NCBI RefSeq assembly: GCF_006345805.1
Contig: NC_043001.1
Location: 119,598,001 to 119,662,000 of the forward strand
DNA from: Octopus sinensis
Lineage: Eukaryota
Direction: 5' to 3'
DNA: 64,000 nucleotides
Shown here piece by piece: positions 14,796-28,560 of this stretch (its first letter is position 1; each line of letters opens with the position of its first letter). The notes below the pieces were generated by a model, which did no database searches, had not been told where the DNA came from, and saw nothing but the letters and a program-made list of their open reading frames with translations. The position numbers and the translations under genes were made by a program.

Positions 14796-15556
14796 GATTT
14801 ACACACGTTACATTCATCATGCTGTTACTGTTGCTGTCGATGCAGCTGTAAGTTATTTTCGGTTTTCTGTAGCGTCAATTCTCTTCTCACGTGGAATCTG
14901 TTATTATAATCATTGTAATTGAACGATATAGCACACAAGATCCTTTCTATGTTTTTCTGATATGGCTTTTCAATCCTTCAGTACGATATCTTTGTATTAT
15001 TTTTGTCTTAGATTTTTATCAATTTTTCCCGATTCGATTTTAGCTGTTATTTTTTTTTTTTTACCTCCTATTCTCATTTTTCCATTTGAGAATATATCTG
15101 TTCACCGACAAAATTATTCAGTGGTATCAATATAGATACGTCATGTTAGATTGAAATGCGCACATGCAATACGCAGATATATATGTTTATGTATGTATGT
15201 GTGTGTGTGCACGCATGTGTGCGCGTGTATGTATGTGTGTCTTTCTATACAAATATATGCATGTATCTATCTGTGCATTTAACTGTAATAGTGTTTTCCT
15301 TTGTGTGTTTGTTTAGATTCATGAACATACATGTGTGTTTGTATTTATATACATTCATACAGCCATATATTTACGTGAATTTATGTTAAGTCATGTACAC
15401 TTATGCGTATATGTGTGTGTGTTATGCGAAAGTATACATATGTATGTGTATATATATATATACACATGCATACAATATTTACGTGATTATATGTTAACAC
15501 ATATATTCACATATGGATATATCTGTGCTTATGAAAATGAAAATATATGTACATAA

Positions 15557-15617
<61 letters not shown>

Positions 15618-16173
15618 GAGAGAGAGAATGAGAGAGAATTCACATGTCCATATATACATGTATATAAGTGTGTATATATATATATATATATATATACATA
15701 CACACATGTATATATAGACATGCATACATATATATAGATATGCATATATATATATATGTATATATGTATACATACATAACAATTGTTATATATATGTGCA
15801 TATGTTTATGCATTGTGTGTATAAATATCAATATATTTGTATGGTTGTATATGTGTGTATGTGTATTTATATACACACATATGTGACGCATTTTCATATG
15901 CTGTATTTATTTTTTGTGTTCTTTTAAATGCATCAAATGTATGTTAATTCTATGTATTATTTATTCAAGTGCATCTGACTCTCTGCGCGCCTATATATAT
16001 ATACATATATATGTATGTATAATATTATATAATATATAATATAATATATACATACATGTATGTATATTTTTTTATTTCATTTATCTATTCATATATATGT
16101 ACTTACGCGAATATGTGCATAAATATACATGCACACATGTTATATTTGTTTATATATATATATACACATATAC

Positions 16174-16265
<92 letters not shown>

Positions 16266-16944
16266 TATATATATTATATATATGTATGTATGTGTGTGGC
16301 TGTCTCTGTCTCTGCCTTTATGCGCGCACAGAATATAGAAATTTCTGAATGTTACAGTTAATATTTTTGTGCTTACATAGAAGAGACAAAAATAAGACAA
16401 AACACATAAGAATTCAATTATACAAATGAATGAAAATGTATATCTTTAAGACATTAGACAATAAAAAAATACGGAAGAAAAATAGACAAGAGGAATCTCA
16501 ACCGATATAGCAAGAGATTAAACCACAAATAAACAGAATTTTCTCTTTTTTTTACGCAAAAATAATTTAATAAAGTTCTACTAGTATTAACTATATTTAT
16601 ATATGTGTGTCTGTGTATATGCGGATGTATAAGGTGGTGTATGTAAGTGTAGTAATGGAATGAGTGGTGAGGGAGAGAGCTTATTTGCCTTTGTGTGAAT
16701 ATTACTTGGCTGAAAGGAATAAGGATTGCCAAAGACTTAAGTAGAATGTATAAGCCTATAGAAAATTATTATACTAAAACGGAATTTTCAAGATATTCAG
16801 TTATTCCGAAAATAACAAACTATTTCCAAAACATTGTGTTTTTTCGAGAATAGTAAGAAAAAGATGGAGGTGACCGGGTGGTGGAGTCAAAATACAAAGA
16901 GAACAATAAAAGACGGCGTGGGCTGGGGGTTATGTGGAAGGGGG

Positions 16945-17017
16945 AAGAAGAAGAAGAAGAAGAAAAGAAGAAGAAGAAGAAGAAGAAGAAGAAGAAGAAG
17001 AAGAAAAGAAGAAGAAG

Positions 17018-17047
<30 letters not shown>
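16945..17047. repeat. (AAG)n microsatellite
   Basis: Seen directly. Confidence 0.95.
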
Positions 17048-17048
<1 letters not shown>

Positions 17049-17244
17049 TATTAAAAAATAGAAAATAATATTAATAGAGAAAAGGAAAGATAAAAGAACA
17101 CAAAATATGAAGAAAATATTCAGATATTTGAATGCATTGCAATAAAAATAAGCACTTTGGTTGATATAATCTACTAGCTCCTTCTATAAAAATTCCAGGT
17201 TTTGTGCCTATAGTAGAAAGGGCCAGTATTATTAATACTAAAGA

Positions 17245-17680
17245 CGGCGAACTAGCAGAATGGTTAGCACGCCGAATAAAATGTTTAACCGCATTTCGGC
17301 TGTTTTTTTACATTTTGAGTTCCCATACCCTGAGGTTGACTTTGCCTTTCATTCTTTTGGGGTCGATAAAATAAGTACCAGTTGAACACTGAGGTCGATG
17401 TAATCGATCAACTTTCCTCTCCCAAGATTTCAGGTCTTGTGCTTATTGCAGAAATTATAATTATTGAAGGTGGTGAGCTGGCACAATGGTTAGCACACAG
17501 TCCAAAATGCTTAGCGACATTGTTCTGACTCTTTACAGTGTGAGCTCAAACGCCGCCGAGGTAGACTTTGGCTTCCTTCCATTTGGGGTTGATTAAATAG
17601 TACCAGTCAAGTCCTGTGGGTCGATGTAAACCATTAGCCCCTACCCCAAAATGTTAGGCTTTATGCCTTCAATAGAAAAG
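17245..17680 (+). mobile_element. Two head-to-tail family A SINEs (about 17245-17455 and 17468-17680)
   Basis: Each has a GGCGA(A/G)CTRGCA head and the family A body and tail. The second runs into (ATT)n. Confidence 0.85.
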
Positions 17681-17972
<292 letters not shown>

Positions 17973-17977
17973 TCCTT

Positions 17978-18340
17978 AAGTGGCGAGCTGACTGAATTGT
18001 TAGCATGCCTGGCAAAATGATTAGCAACATTTCGTCACAAAGCCTTGTGAGTGGATTTAGTTGACGGAAACTGAGAGAAGCCCGTCGTATATATGTATAT
18101 ATATATGTATGTATGTGTGTGTATATATGTTTGTGTGTCTTTGTTTGTCCCCCAACATCGCTTGACAACCGATGCTGGTGTGTTTACGTCCCTGTAACTT
18201 AGCGGTTCGGCAAAAAGAGACTGATAGAATAAGTACTAGACTTGCAAAGAATAAGTCCTGGGATCGATTTCTTTGACTAAAGGCGGTGCTCCAGCATGGC
18301 CACAGTCAAATGACTGAAACAAGTAAAAGAGTAAAAGAGA
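17978..18340 (+). mobile_element. Chimeric SINE: family A head fused to family B body and tail
   Basis: GTGGCGAGCTGACTGAATTGTTAGCATGCC..ATTTCGTC joins directly to AAAGCCTTGTGAGTGGATTT..GGAAACTGA and the family B tail ending AAGTAAAAGAGTAAAAGAG. Confidence 0.8.
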
Positions 18341-18640
18341 TTTCATTTCTTGTTTTAAACAGTGAACTGTTTTATGCAAGTATCTTCATATTACATTAAT
18401 GTATCTAGTAGACAATGGGACCAATAATTTCTTCGAGCTAGGAATGGTTTTACTACCATTTGGAACTCTTCTCCGTAAGACATTAAATTCATTTGCTATT
18501 TTCTGGCTTCTACCGATAGATATTATGTAATCTGTATATAAATTTTTCTACCGTTACTAATTTATACGATCACGTACACATGCACGCGTACACTTACAAA
18601 CACGTATTTACATATACATAAATATATATATATGTATATA

Positions 18641-18689
<49 letters not shown>

Positions 18690-18773
18690 TATTTATTTAT
18701 TTATTTATGTGTCTGTAGATGTACGCGTGCATGAGTGCCTGAGCGTATAAATTAATAACAGGAGAAAAAGAAA

Positions 18774-18821
<48 letters not shown>

Positions 18822-19868
18822 ACACATACACGTTTAGCGTGCATTCCTAGTTATTGAGGTTTGCTACAATTTGCAACAGTGTTTTATTTTATCCCTTTCT
18901 TTCTTTGCGTATTTGAGTGTTTTCGACAATTAAAGAGGCTTTACAAGCCATTTATAACGGTATTTTGTTTAGCTATGTAAATACATGCACCGCGTATTAG
19001 CTTTCGGTTATGCAATATTGGTTTTGTACTTCTATTCTTGCTTATTTTCTGGCTATATTTTATCTCATGCAATTTGTAAACCATAACGTTTCCCGTTTGC
19101 GTGTTGAGCTGCTGATTCTATTCTTTCTGATCCTCCTTTTCGGGTCGTTGTATGAGGTTTGAAATTAAGATACTTAAGTGCTTCTTTTTTTATTTAATTT
19201 TTAACTGAATCTCTGAAGGGCTCTAGAGTTTGATATGTCATATGATGTATTATTGTATCTCAATTGACCAGCTACTTACTTTCTTCAGCTGGGTAAAACA
19301 ATAACAATGTTAATGAATCGCATCGCCCTTAAATGTTCCTTGTTGCACAAGTCTATAATCAGAGGAAAATTCACAAAAAAAAGAACCCCCCAAAAAAAAC
19401 GTGAGACGAAGACGGGTGGTTTAGACAACAAACCGATGTATTGGTTTAACGCTCGGGATCTTAACTACAATGTCTGAAAGAAAAAAAAACTGGATGGTTA
19501 AAGTTAGAGTCTCTTTGATCATGTCTCCTGGATCAGAGAAGACCTGGTGCTAAAGAACTACAATATCTAACCCAATGCCAAAAAAGTTTCCTTAGATTAT
19601 AATCTAAGTGACTCAAGAAAAAATACGTATATAAAATATCAACAATATTTCAATACCTCTTGTATTGTTATCAACATAACCTTACAAAAAGTGGAATAAT
19701 TTCAATATTGTTCATAGAAACCTCTTCTGCCTTTTTTAAAAATTTCTTTCTTTCTTTCCCCGTTCTTACCAAAACAAAGAAAATTATTCCTCTACCCTAG
19801 ACTTTATAGCTTTGAAAGATTAATTCGAATTTACTTCATATATACATATGCGCGTGTATGTGTGTGTG

Positions 19869-19919
<51 letters not shown>

Positions 19920-20081
19920 GTCTCTAAGTGATACGATTTCTTTTGCTTGATGATTATATGCAAATATGAAAATAGCATTGGGAAAATCTGAAATACCGTT
20001 AGTGAATTTCTTTTAAATATGGAATTACTTGTGTTTGTAACACATAATAAGATCTATAAAAAGCAATATATATATATATAA

Positions 20082-20124
<43 letters not shown>

Positions 20125-20871
20125 CAGACAGACTGACAGAGAAAGAGGGGGTAGATGAAAAAATATATTAGCTCTATTCAAAGGAATTTTTCACATTTTG
20201 AAATATGGAATTAGAATTCAATTTTCATCCTATTTCCCAAGAGTTGCTTCATATCCTTTCATATCTGAAAAGGAATCCCTTTACAGTTTGATACTATTTT
20301 TAAAATGTAATTTGAGATGTCTCTGAAGATGAAATGAAGAAACTATTCTTGAAATTACACCAATTGAATCAATCGTATTTATTTTTTCCCCTGAAGTCTT
20401 AATATGTTGTTTGCAAACTAACCTTATTACTTGTGGCACTCTGCCAGCGAATTGTCTGTGTTCGGGACTATTTATATTTACTTTAGAAATACTTAGAACT
20501 TTTGTTATAACACAAAGAATCAAACGTTTTTTTTTTCATATTTTTATTATTATACGATGTGATTTCATAAAACTTGCACTAAAATATGAATACCTTTTGA
20601 AACAATAGTTAATGAGAAAAGAATTCATAGACTTAAGAGTCTTCAAGTTTCTTCCGAGACCAAGAGTGAAATAAAAAATGTACGATGTACTGTTAGTTAT
20701 ATCCCACGCTATTTTGAGGTAAACAAATCTTGGGACTATTAAAAATATAATATAAACAAATTTTCATGAAAGTTATGAGCGATGGTTCATCAACAACATA
20801 ATGGATTTGCAAATCCATTATGTTGTTGATGAACCATCGCTCATAACTATATATATATGTGTGTGTGTGTG

Positions 20872-21175
20872 TGGAGGCACAATGGGTTAGGGCAGCGGAC
20901 TCGCGGTCGTAGGATCGCGGTTTCGATTCCCCGACCGGGCGTTGTGAGTGTTTATTGAGCGAAAACACCTAAAGCTCCACGAGGCTCCGTCAGTGGGTGG
21001 TGGTGATCCCTGCTGTACTCTTTCGCCACAACTTTCTCTCACTCTTTCTTCTGTTGGCCTGCTCGCTTAGCCAGCCGGGTGGCGTCATTTGAAGGCTAAA
21101 ACCAATGCGAAGCGCATTGTGACCAGCGATGTGTAGCAACATCTGATAGCCTGGTCGGTCACATGATCACGTGAT
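20872..21175 (+). mobile_element. tRNA-derived SINE, family C (full length)
   Basis: tRNA-like head GGAGGCACAATGGGTTAGGGCAGCGGACTCGCGGTCGTAGGATCGCGGTTTCGATTCCC. A homologous minus-strand copy lies at 39700-39897. Confidence 0.88.
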
Positions 21176-21179
21176 ATAT

Positions 21180-21226
<47 letters not shown>

Positions 21227-21229
21227 GAC

Positions 21230-21436
21230 AGTTACGGAACTGAGTAGATAAAATCCAGGCTACATATGTTTCATAGCAAGCGGAACCTCAGAACTGGTAA
21301 ATATGCAAGCGAGTTGCATACCGCAGACTACTTTTCAGGCCAAGATATACACCTCGCTTGGATACTTACCACTTCCGAGGTTCTGCTTGCTATGAAACAT
21401 ATGTAGGCCGGATCTTATTTATTCTATTCTGTAACT
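21230..21436. repeat. About 210-bp fold-back element containing a hammerhead motif
   Basis: Arms of about 21230-21313 and 21353-21436 pair, with ACATATGTTTCATAGCAAGC / GCTTGCTATGAAACATATGT at their core. Confidence 0.85.
21255..21343 (-). ncRNA. Hammerhead ribozyme motif with a G8-to-A substitution
   Basis: Minus strand: GGC-CTGAAAA-GTAGTCTGCGG...CCGCTTGCTAT-GAAA-CATATG-TA-GCC. Stem II pairs at 9 of 11 positions, and stem III is the palindrome ACATATGT. Confidence 0.6.
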
Positions 21437-21702
21437 CTTGTATTCTTATTCGCATACCTGGCAACCCTGGTCGTCTACTGTGAAATATAAAAAGAGGTCT
21501 TTTTGAGTTTATCGTACTTCGATACGAAAGAAATTCACAACCTTCCGTCTCAATAAAGTACTATTGTCCCTAAAAGTTGTTTTTTTTATATTAATTGTGG
21601 ATTGGATTGTTTGAAGCTAACTTTCTTCCTACAGCTCGATACCTGGATCTTACACCTATAGTCACGCGTGCGCACGCGCACACACACACACATGTCTTCA
21701 TG

Positions 21703-21759
21703 TCCAAGAATCGAACCCATAATCTTTTGATTTCATACACGAACAACTATTTGACCATG

Positions 21760-21821
<62 letters not shown>

Positions 21822-21929
21822 TACACATCTTAACTATTTGACCACGCGCGCGTGTGTGTATGAACGTGCATGGTCAAACAGTTACGGATTCGTGTCTGCA
21901 ATCAAAAGATCATGGGTTCGATTCTTGGA
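21703..21929. repeat. Head-to-head inverted pair of tRNA-like SINE heads
   Basis: Arm 21703-21761 is the reverse complement of arm 21867-21929 (TGCATGGTCAAA..GGGTTCGATTCTTGGA). The spacer is (TC)n/(AC)n. Confidence 0.8.
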
Positions 21930-24203
21930 CCGAGCATTCTTCTGATTAAATTTTTCAAATTTCTCACTGGAGAAGGAGCTGCTGTCTAACTCAGCTGTGC
22001 ATGCACGCACGTGTATGTGTGAATGTGTATACATGCGTGCACACATGGACGCCATTACATATATATAAAGATACGTGTTTACATGTCTATACATGTGTAT
22101 ATACTCATTCTTCACGCTAAATTTCGGGAATGTTGTGCATATTCCACAGTGTTTTTGATGGCTTAAAGCTGTAATTTCGTAACAATTTGTTCCTTCCGGT
22201 TTTGTGAAACCCAGCTTCTCAGAAGTGTGTAATTCATATCCATGTTGCTCAATAATTATAGGCAGAAATCTGAAGCCACAGTTCTACTGAAGAAATTGTT
22301 TATTTTTCTTTAGCTAGAAATAGATTATTATTATTTTTTTTTTTTGCTTTACTTTGCTCACTTGTATTATGTTAACTCTTCTGGGCAATTGATATCGACT
22401 GCTGGGCACAGTTTCTTCTATTCCATACCACAATGCTTGGTCTTTTATGCCTGCATTTTAATAATGCGTTGACAGTAACATTAAACTAGTAGCGTTTCGT
22501 ATTATGAATGATTATACTCTTTACATCACTGTCACCTCTTATCTGTTTACCTTTGGGTTTATTCTTTCTACAGATTGTTTTCTACAATATTTTGCTCATG
22601 ACATCTTGCCTTCATGCGTAGATAAGTCTGTGATAGCATTCTCGGACAGTTACCTAAAATACGAGTGACATTCTTAGTGTTAATTCCATAGAATTTACGT
22701 CGATTATCGCATATAAGATGCACATGCATCCATATCACTTTCGTACAACAGGTATTTCGTTGTTATTTCTTGCTCCAATATTGCTAAAGAATATCCTTCA
22801 AAGTGAAAGGTAATACTCTGGTTAATTATCCAAGGTAGATTACTTTCGCTTTGTTGCTATCACTTTACAGGTTTTGTGAAACAAAGCTATGATTGACCTT
22901 ATGATCTACCGCGGTAGAGTTGTGTAACTTCCCTCGGCGTGTATTCCTGCTCGCGAGACAGAGAAGAGCTTCCAATGAGTGCCTTTCTTACTCTCATGAA
23001 GATATTTGCCTTATGATTTTTATATTTGATCCATAGAATCACTTCGACACTTATCAATTACTAAATGTTATCAAAGATATATGATTCGACATTCCAGTGC
23101 TGCTTGAATTGTTGCTAAACCCATGTCATGTTGTTGTCATTTTTAGAAGAATCGTTCTTCTTAATTGTTGAATTGAAAATTTCTGGTTTGGATTTAGAAT
23201 TTCCAGGTGTTATCGTTTAAACCCCAGATCTCATCTAGCGCCCAATCGGCAAGCCCAAATGTTGGTATAAGTATTGGTACAGCAAACTAAGTGGCGGGCT
23301 ACTTATATATTGAATGCAAAAAGTCCTGAGAAAAATCTTTTGTTATTCTGATCTCATATTCTTCGGTTATGAGTTCCTTGTTATGAGTCCCATAATGGAA
23401 TAATATTTTTATCCATCCATAAGCACCTGTATATCGAGCAAAAGGTCATTGGCAATCTTATCAAGGCTCTCTCCTTCATACCAGTATGCTTGACACATAC
23501 TCTCAGATCGTCTACAAAATAAAATGCAACGTTTAGGTTCGTATTTCTGTTTGCCTGTGAGCCAGCCACATACTCTCAGATTTCCTCAACAAGAAAAGGG
23601 AAAAACATTGGACGAAACAAAAGAAAAAGGAGGAAACAGTATTAAAAGTATAAACAGTATCACAAAGACTTAAACCTTGAAATATACTCCTGCGGTGCTG
23701 TATCCTATCAAAGACAACAGAACTATTTCCTGTGTTTAACCAAAAGAGCAATATTGTAATTTTCAGCCAGACTCTGCGTAGCGTCGTTTGTGACTTATTG
23801 TTATAAGCCATCCTACGGGTTTCAACTGTGTTTGTCAACTTCATTTCCCCTTCAGTGTTTACAAGCGAAAATGAAACGCGATATGATCGAATTCGTGACA
23901 TCATGATAGGGAAGAAAAATGTTAAACGTTCAACCAACTGTATGCCCATACGTATTTACATACGAACACCTATCTATCTATCTATCTATTTATATTGATT
24001 TTATTTCATATTCTTGCGATAATATTGTGAAGAAATTAAATTTAATTAAACTTATTTACTTAGGAAACTAATTAAATTCTTGATTTCTGTAATTCTTTTT
24101 CTGACTTTTTTTTCTAAAATATTTATTGATTTTTTGAATTCCACAATTTAAAGATTTAGATAATGATCAAGCAACCTTAATTTACTTTTATAAGGTATAT
24201 ATG

Positions 24204-24241
<38 letters not shown>

Positions 24242-25156
24242 TGTTTTATTTAATTACTACCGTTGTATTGTTCCCTATGAAGCCTTAGATATTTGAGGAC
24301 ACCAATATTAATGAAAATGTAACAACCTTGTATGTCTTTTCTCTTTTGTTTTGGCTTCTTTAGTTCATTTGTTTGTTTGTTCTAACCGGACGACTTATTT
24401 TATCGTATATCTCTTTGTAGGACGTGAAAACCAGGATTCACAAACCTTTAAAAGACCGCTGACCTGAAAACATTTGAACAACGCATCAAATGCAGGGAAA
24501 TGTTCTAAAGATATTAAAGAGGAATATTATCATATTGTGAAGAAAAGGCAACGCGAGGAAAGGAATCAGCCATTTGGGAAAGAGCAGAAAGTGGAACACT
24601 ATTAATGGATGTTAAAGAATTAAACACCTGAAACTATTCGAATTTGTAAATTTGCAAACAGTCAAAATAAAAAGAAACAATTTCTTGTCTTGATGAGTTC
24701 GTCAAGAAATATCTATAACCTAATCATATGCGCAACCATTTATTGGTTATAAACGGATTCCAAAAAAGAAAGCTTTTTTGTATATATACTTGTATATAAA
24801 TTTATATACACTAATATATATATATGTGTGTGTATATCTATATGTAAATATCTGGAAGACCATATATTCTTGGAATTAATATTATCTAAGAAAAGTTGGG
24901 CAATGTCAAACTAAAGAAGTTCCTATCACTGATGCTAACTAAAATTGCAGAAACAAAAATTATTCCACGCCCTTGTTTATCTCACTCCTTAACGGCAATC
25001 TCACTCCTAAGTCTCTTATAAAAGTGTTCATTCCAGTATAGGTATTGTAGTAACCTATGTCGTTTTAAGCAAAACTCTTCTGTCAAGTCAACTATCACTG
25101 TAACACAAATTTTCCCCGTTTTACTCTGCTCTAAAATACTGCTCCAACGTTGCTAG

Positions 25157-25361
25157 CCATGAGGCCAGGCATCCACGCCACTGTGCTGCGAAGTAGGCAC
25201 CAGCGACACAGACGACATTATCCACCAAGAGCGAATGCCTTTTCAACAAAAAGATTCCTTATTCTAGTGTTCCTCGGTTTTTCAGTCTTAATACCGGGTA
25301 TAGCTCTCAGTGTGATTGGATTCCAGCCGGAAGAAAAGCACTACTCAGAGGATCAGAAAAG
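25157..25361 (+). CDS. Coding exon of a putative membrane protein (TMEM200/DUF2371-like N-terminus, tentative)
   Basis: Pyrimidine-rich upstream sequence, TAG|CC ATG (25159) and donor AG|GTAAAA. Encodes MRPGIHATVLRSRHQRHRRHYPPRANAFSTKRFLILVFLGFSVLIPGIALSVIGFQPEEKHYSEDQK: a basic N-terminus plus one TM whose end resembles TMEM200 GIAMAVLGYWP. Confidence 0.6.
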
Positions 25362-26741
25362 GTAAAAATACGATGAAAATACCTTCATACAATTATCTTC
25401 TTTTTCTTCTTCTTATTATTATCATTATGAAGATATTTATACTTTATTAAAAATAGCCACCTTTATTTCACAATTAATTTTAAATTGTTTTTGTTGTTAT
25501 CATTCATTATTAACGTTCAGTTCCTATTTTAATTTTCTATTAACTTTTTGCTTATAATTCTAATTAACTTGACTGCTTAATTTAAAATGCATTATCCTTA
25601 TTATTTCGTTTGTTTTAATATTTTTTTATGCAAGTAAAACTTTGCTTATTTAAACGTCTCTCCTTATTTGGTAACTCTCTGCCTGTTCCTCTCTTCATTC
25701 TCTCCTGCTTTGCTGCATGTTGCTTTTCATCTTCCCATCTGCTTTTCTACGTACATGACGCTCCCAATCATTATCTTCTTGCTGCTTCTACATCCAGTAT
25801 AAACCATCAAACACAACACATATTGAGAACATACTTACAGAACAGCTTACAAATGAAATCGCAACAATTACTGCCGCAGTTGAATAATTGCAACTTTCTA
25901 CGTATTAATCGAATCGTACTGTATTATATATCCATTACGGCCGATCTTACCAAATATTTTCGCACTCGGGTTTCAACGGAGATAACAGTCCGATTACGTA
26001 ATCCTGTGCTCTTCAGTAATTATGTAATGAAATATGGCGATTGCTCTCAATTTTTGGAGGTGAAAAGACATCTAGTTCGTGGTTGCTGTGAAAAAGATAA
26101 CGATATGAACCGAGCAAGGGTTAAGTTAAGAATTATGTTCTTTGGTGCCAAAACACCGAGTTTGAAGATGTTGCAAGGTGACAAGAGTTTTGAGGAAAAT
26201 TATGTAAGGGAAATGTATTCGTGTTTTGGAGTTGGTGTTCTTATAGAGTTGGAACATGTGTAGTAGTATTATATGTGTAGCATTTTCGTGGGAGCAAGTT
26301 GTTGGGTGGGTGCCCAAAGGCCACATGAGCATCTGTGTGTTCGTCTGTGTGTTTTGTTAATGTTTTCGTTAAACTCTTTGGTTAAATTCTTTGGAGCATT
26401 TCTGTAATATGCAATGTGTGTAGGGTTACTCTATGTGTGGGAGATTATTTTGTGGGTCTGGAAAAGGGTCCATCGAGTTGATTCCCCCTGAGGTAGGGCG
26501 TGTGTGTGTGTTTCTGAGTATGTTCTGGTCAAACTCTTTGCTGGATCCCCAGGTATTGGTGGAGGGAGGACCGAAGGGGGAGTGGCTGTTTTGGTCACGA
26601 TAGAGCACACACATATATATATACATGTGCATGTCTATTTGTACATGTGCGTGTGTATATGTACTTCAATAGCGATTTGATCGACTAAACCTGCAAAATA
26701 GCGCCACTGTCTGGTCATAATGACATAAATGACATAAATAG

Positions 26742-27082
26742 TTTTATATCCTAGACAACCGTTGGATATATCATTTAACGATGTGGAGGTAAAATCACAA
26801 GATTGGGAAGATGGAGAAGAAACAAAAAGAAGTGGCAAAGTGACATATATGACAAGAGGCGAAAAATGGGAACAGAAAAGGCATTTAAACCAGCTAAAAA
26901 AATTAAATATATGGAAAAAAGAAAAGTGATACCCATGGAAGGATATAAAACCTTCGCGAGACTCCAAACGCCCTCTCAACAACTACTACCGACCTGTCTC
27001 AACCAATGTGCTAATCTTTGTTAGAGTTCGGCTAGTCCATTCTTCCAATCCCTCAGGAGTGTCAATGACTCGCACCAGAACA
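26742..27082 (-). repeat. 3' LTR of the Gypsy element (341 bp, with an extra insert of about 155 bp)
   Basis: Starts TGTTCTGG after the PPT and aligns to 31170-31368 outside 26798-26952. Confidence 0.9.
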
Positions 27083-27093
27083 TCTCCTCCTTT
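27083..27093 (-). promoter_or_regulatory. Polypurine tract
   Basis: AAAGGAGGAGA immediately before the TG of the 3' LTR. Confidence 0.85.
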
Positions 27094-28560
27094 GAAATTG
27101 ACTTCCGTTGGAAGTTAATATTATTATTTTTATTTATTCTTCTCTCATTACATCTCCCTTTTTGAGATTTTTCTCCTAAGAAAGTTTAATATTTCTTCCG
27201 TTTAAGCACTACTTCCAACCGTTCTGTTTGTTTCCTCTTCCTAGTGTTGCTACGCCTAGGTTTGATTTTTTGTGGCGTTGGACCATCAAATGTGTCATAG
27301 AACACTTCCATGGGTATCTTTTCTTTTTTCCGTATATCTATTTTTTAACTGGTTTGAATGTCTTTTCTGTTCCCATGTTCGCCTCTTATCATATATGTCA
27401 TTTTGCCTATTCTTTTTGTTACTACTCCGTCTTCCTAATCTCGTCTTCCATGTATATATATTTTGAAAGACACTTTGTCACAGATATTAAATTGCATTGT
27501 CGTATATTTAGTGTTTTCCCTATTTGTTTTTCTTACTGTTAGCAGCTTGTCGAAAACTGACTTTAGTTTTCGAGCAAACATTTGTTCCGCAAGCGACTTA
27601 ACTGAAAAAGAGTTTGGGTTTGGTGTTATCCTATAAACCCTCAAGAATTGTCAACGCTGAGTCATCGACTAGCTCGATTCTCGATTTCTTTAATGCTCTC
27701 TTAAATGTATCCACGAATCTTTCCGCTTGCCCGTTTTATCTTAGGTGATACGGAGGAGTAGAGATATATTCAATTGAGTACATGTTGCACAAATTCTTAA
27801 ATTCATTCGCTGTGAGCCTATGGTATCCGAGACACCATACCTAGCAAAAAGTTCGTGTAGAAATATCACAGTTACCGTGGATGTCGGTTTTCTACATTTA
27901 CATATTTCTGGCCATTTTGAAAAGCTATCTATCACTATCAGATAATATGATCGGTTTAACGATCCTGCGAAATCTGTGTATTCTGGACCATGAAATATCG
28001 GTCTTGGACCAAGGTTGAAATTTTATAAGTGGTGATTTCACTGCAAGAGCACAACCTCTGCAGGATTTTACCAGCTTCTCAAAACCTAAATCCATTTTTG
28101 GCCAATAAGCATAAATCCTCATAAACGACTTCACCCTAGATAATTCCTGGATGACCAATGTGGGACTCCTTTAACATTCGACCTTAAGTGAGGTAGGCAT
28201 AACGATCCTCTGTGCATACATAAGCACATTATCACATATCATATACAAATTCGAAACTGTATTACGTTCAGCCACACGTATTTTTTTTATTTGTTTCTTC
28301 TGATCTCTGCCTTAATTTTTATTTCCTCCAACGTCACAGGCAATTCGCGCACAACATTGCACGATACATTTTTAATTTCATTTTCGGCTTTTAACGCCGC
28401 TATCACTGCATCTTCTGGTGGCTCACTGTATATTGGTATTAACTTGACAAACCATCTGTATGTCATAGTTTTTTCGATGGCAAATACTCCATTTTGAAGT
28501 CGTAATTCGGTAGGATCGTTCCCCATCGCTGCAACCTATTGGCTGTATGTGTGGGGATAT

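Noticed and set aside
20872-20945. tRNA gene (also the heads at 13505, 28561 and 32090-32158)
   Set aside because: The tRNA-like heads continue into multi-copy SINE bodies and lack a clean acceptor stem.
25960-26020. Hammerhead-like CTGAAGA...GAAA on the minus strand
   Set aside because: Stem II does not close next to GAAA, position 17 is G and there is no stem I pairing.
25628-26263. 211-aa plus-strand ORF downstream of the exon
   Set aside because: It has no recognisable domain, a low-complexity CT-rich start and no good splice context. It may be the antisense of a decayed retroelement. A BLASTP hit would change this.
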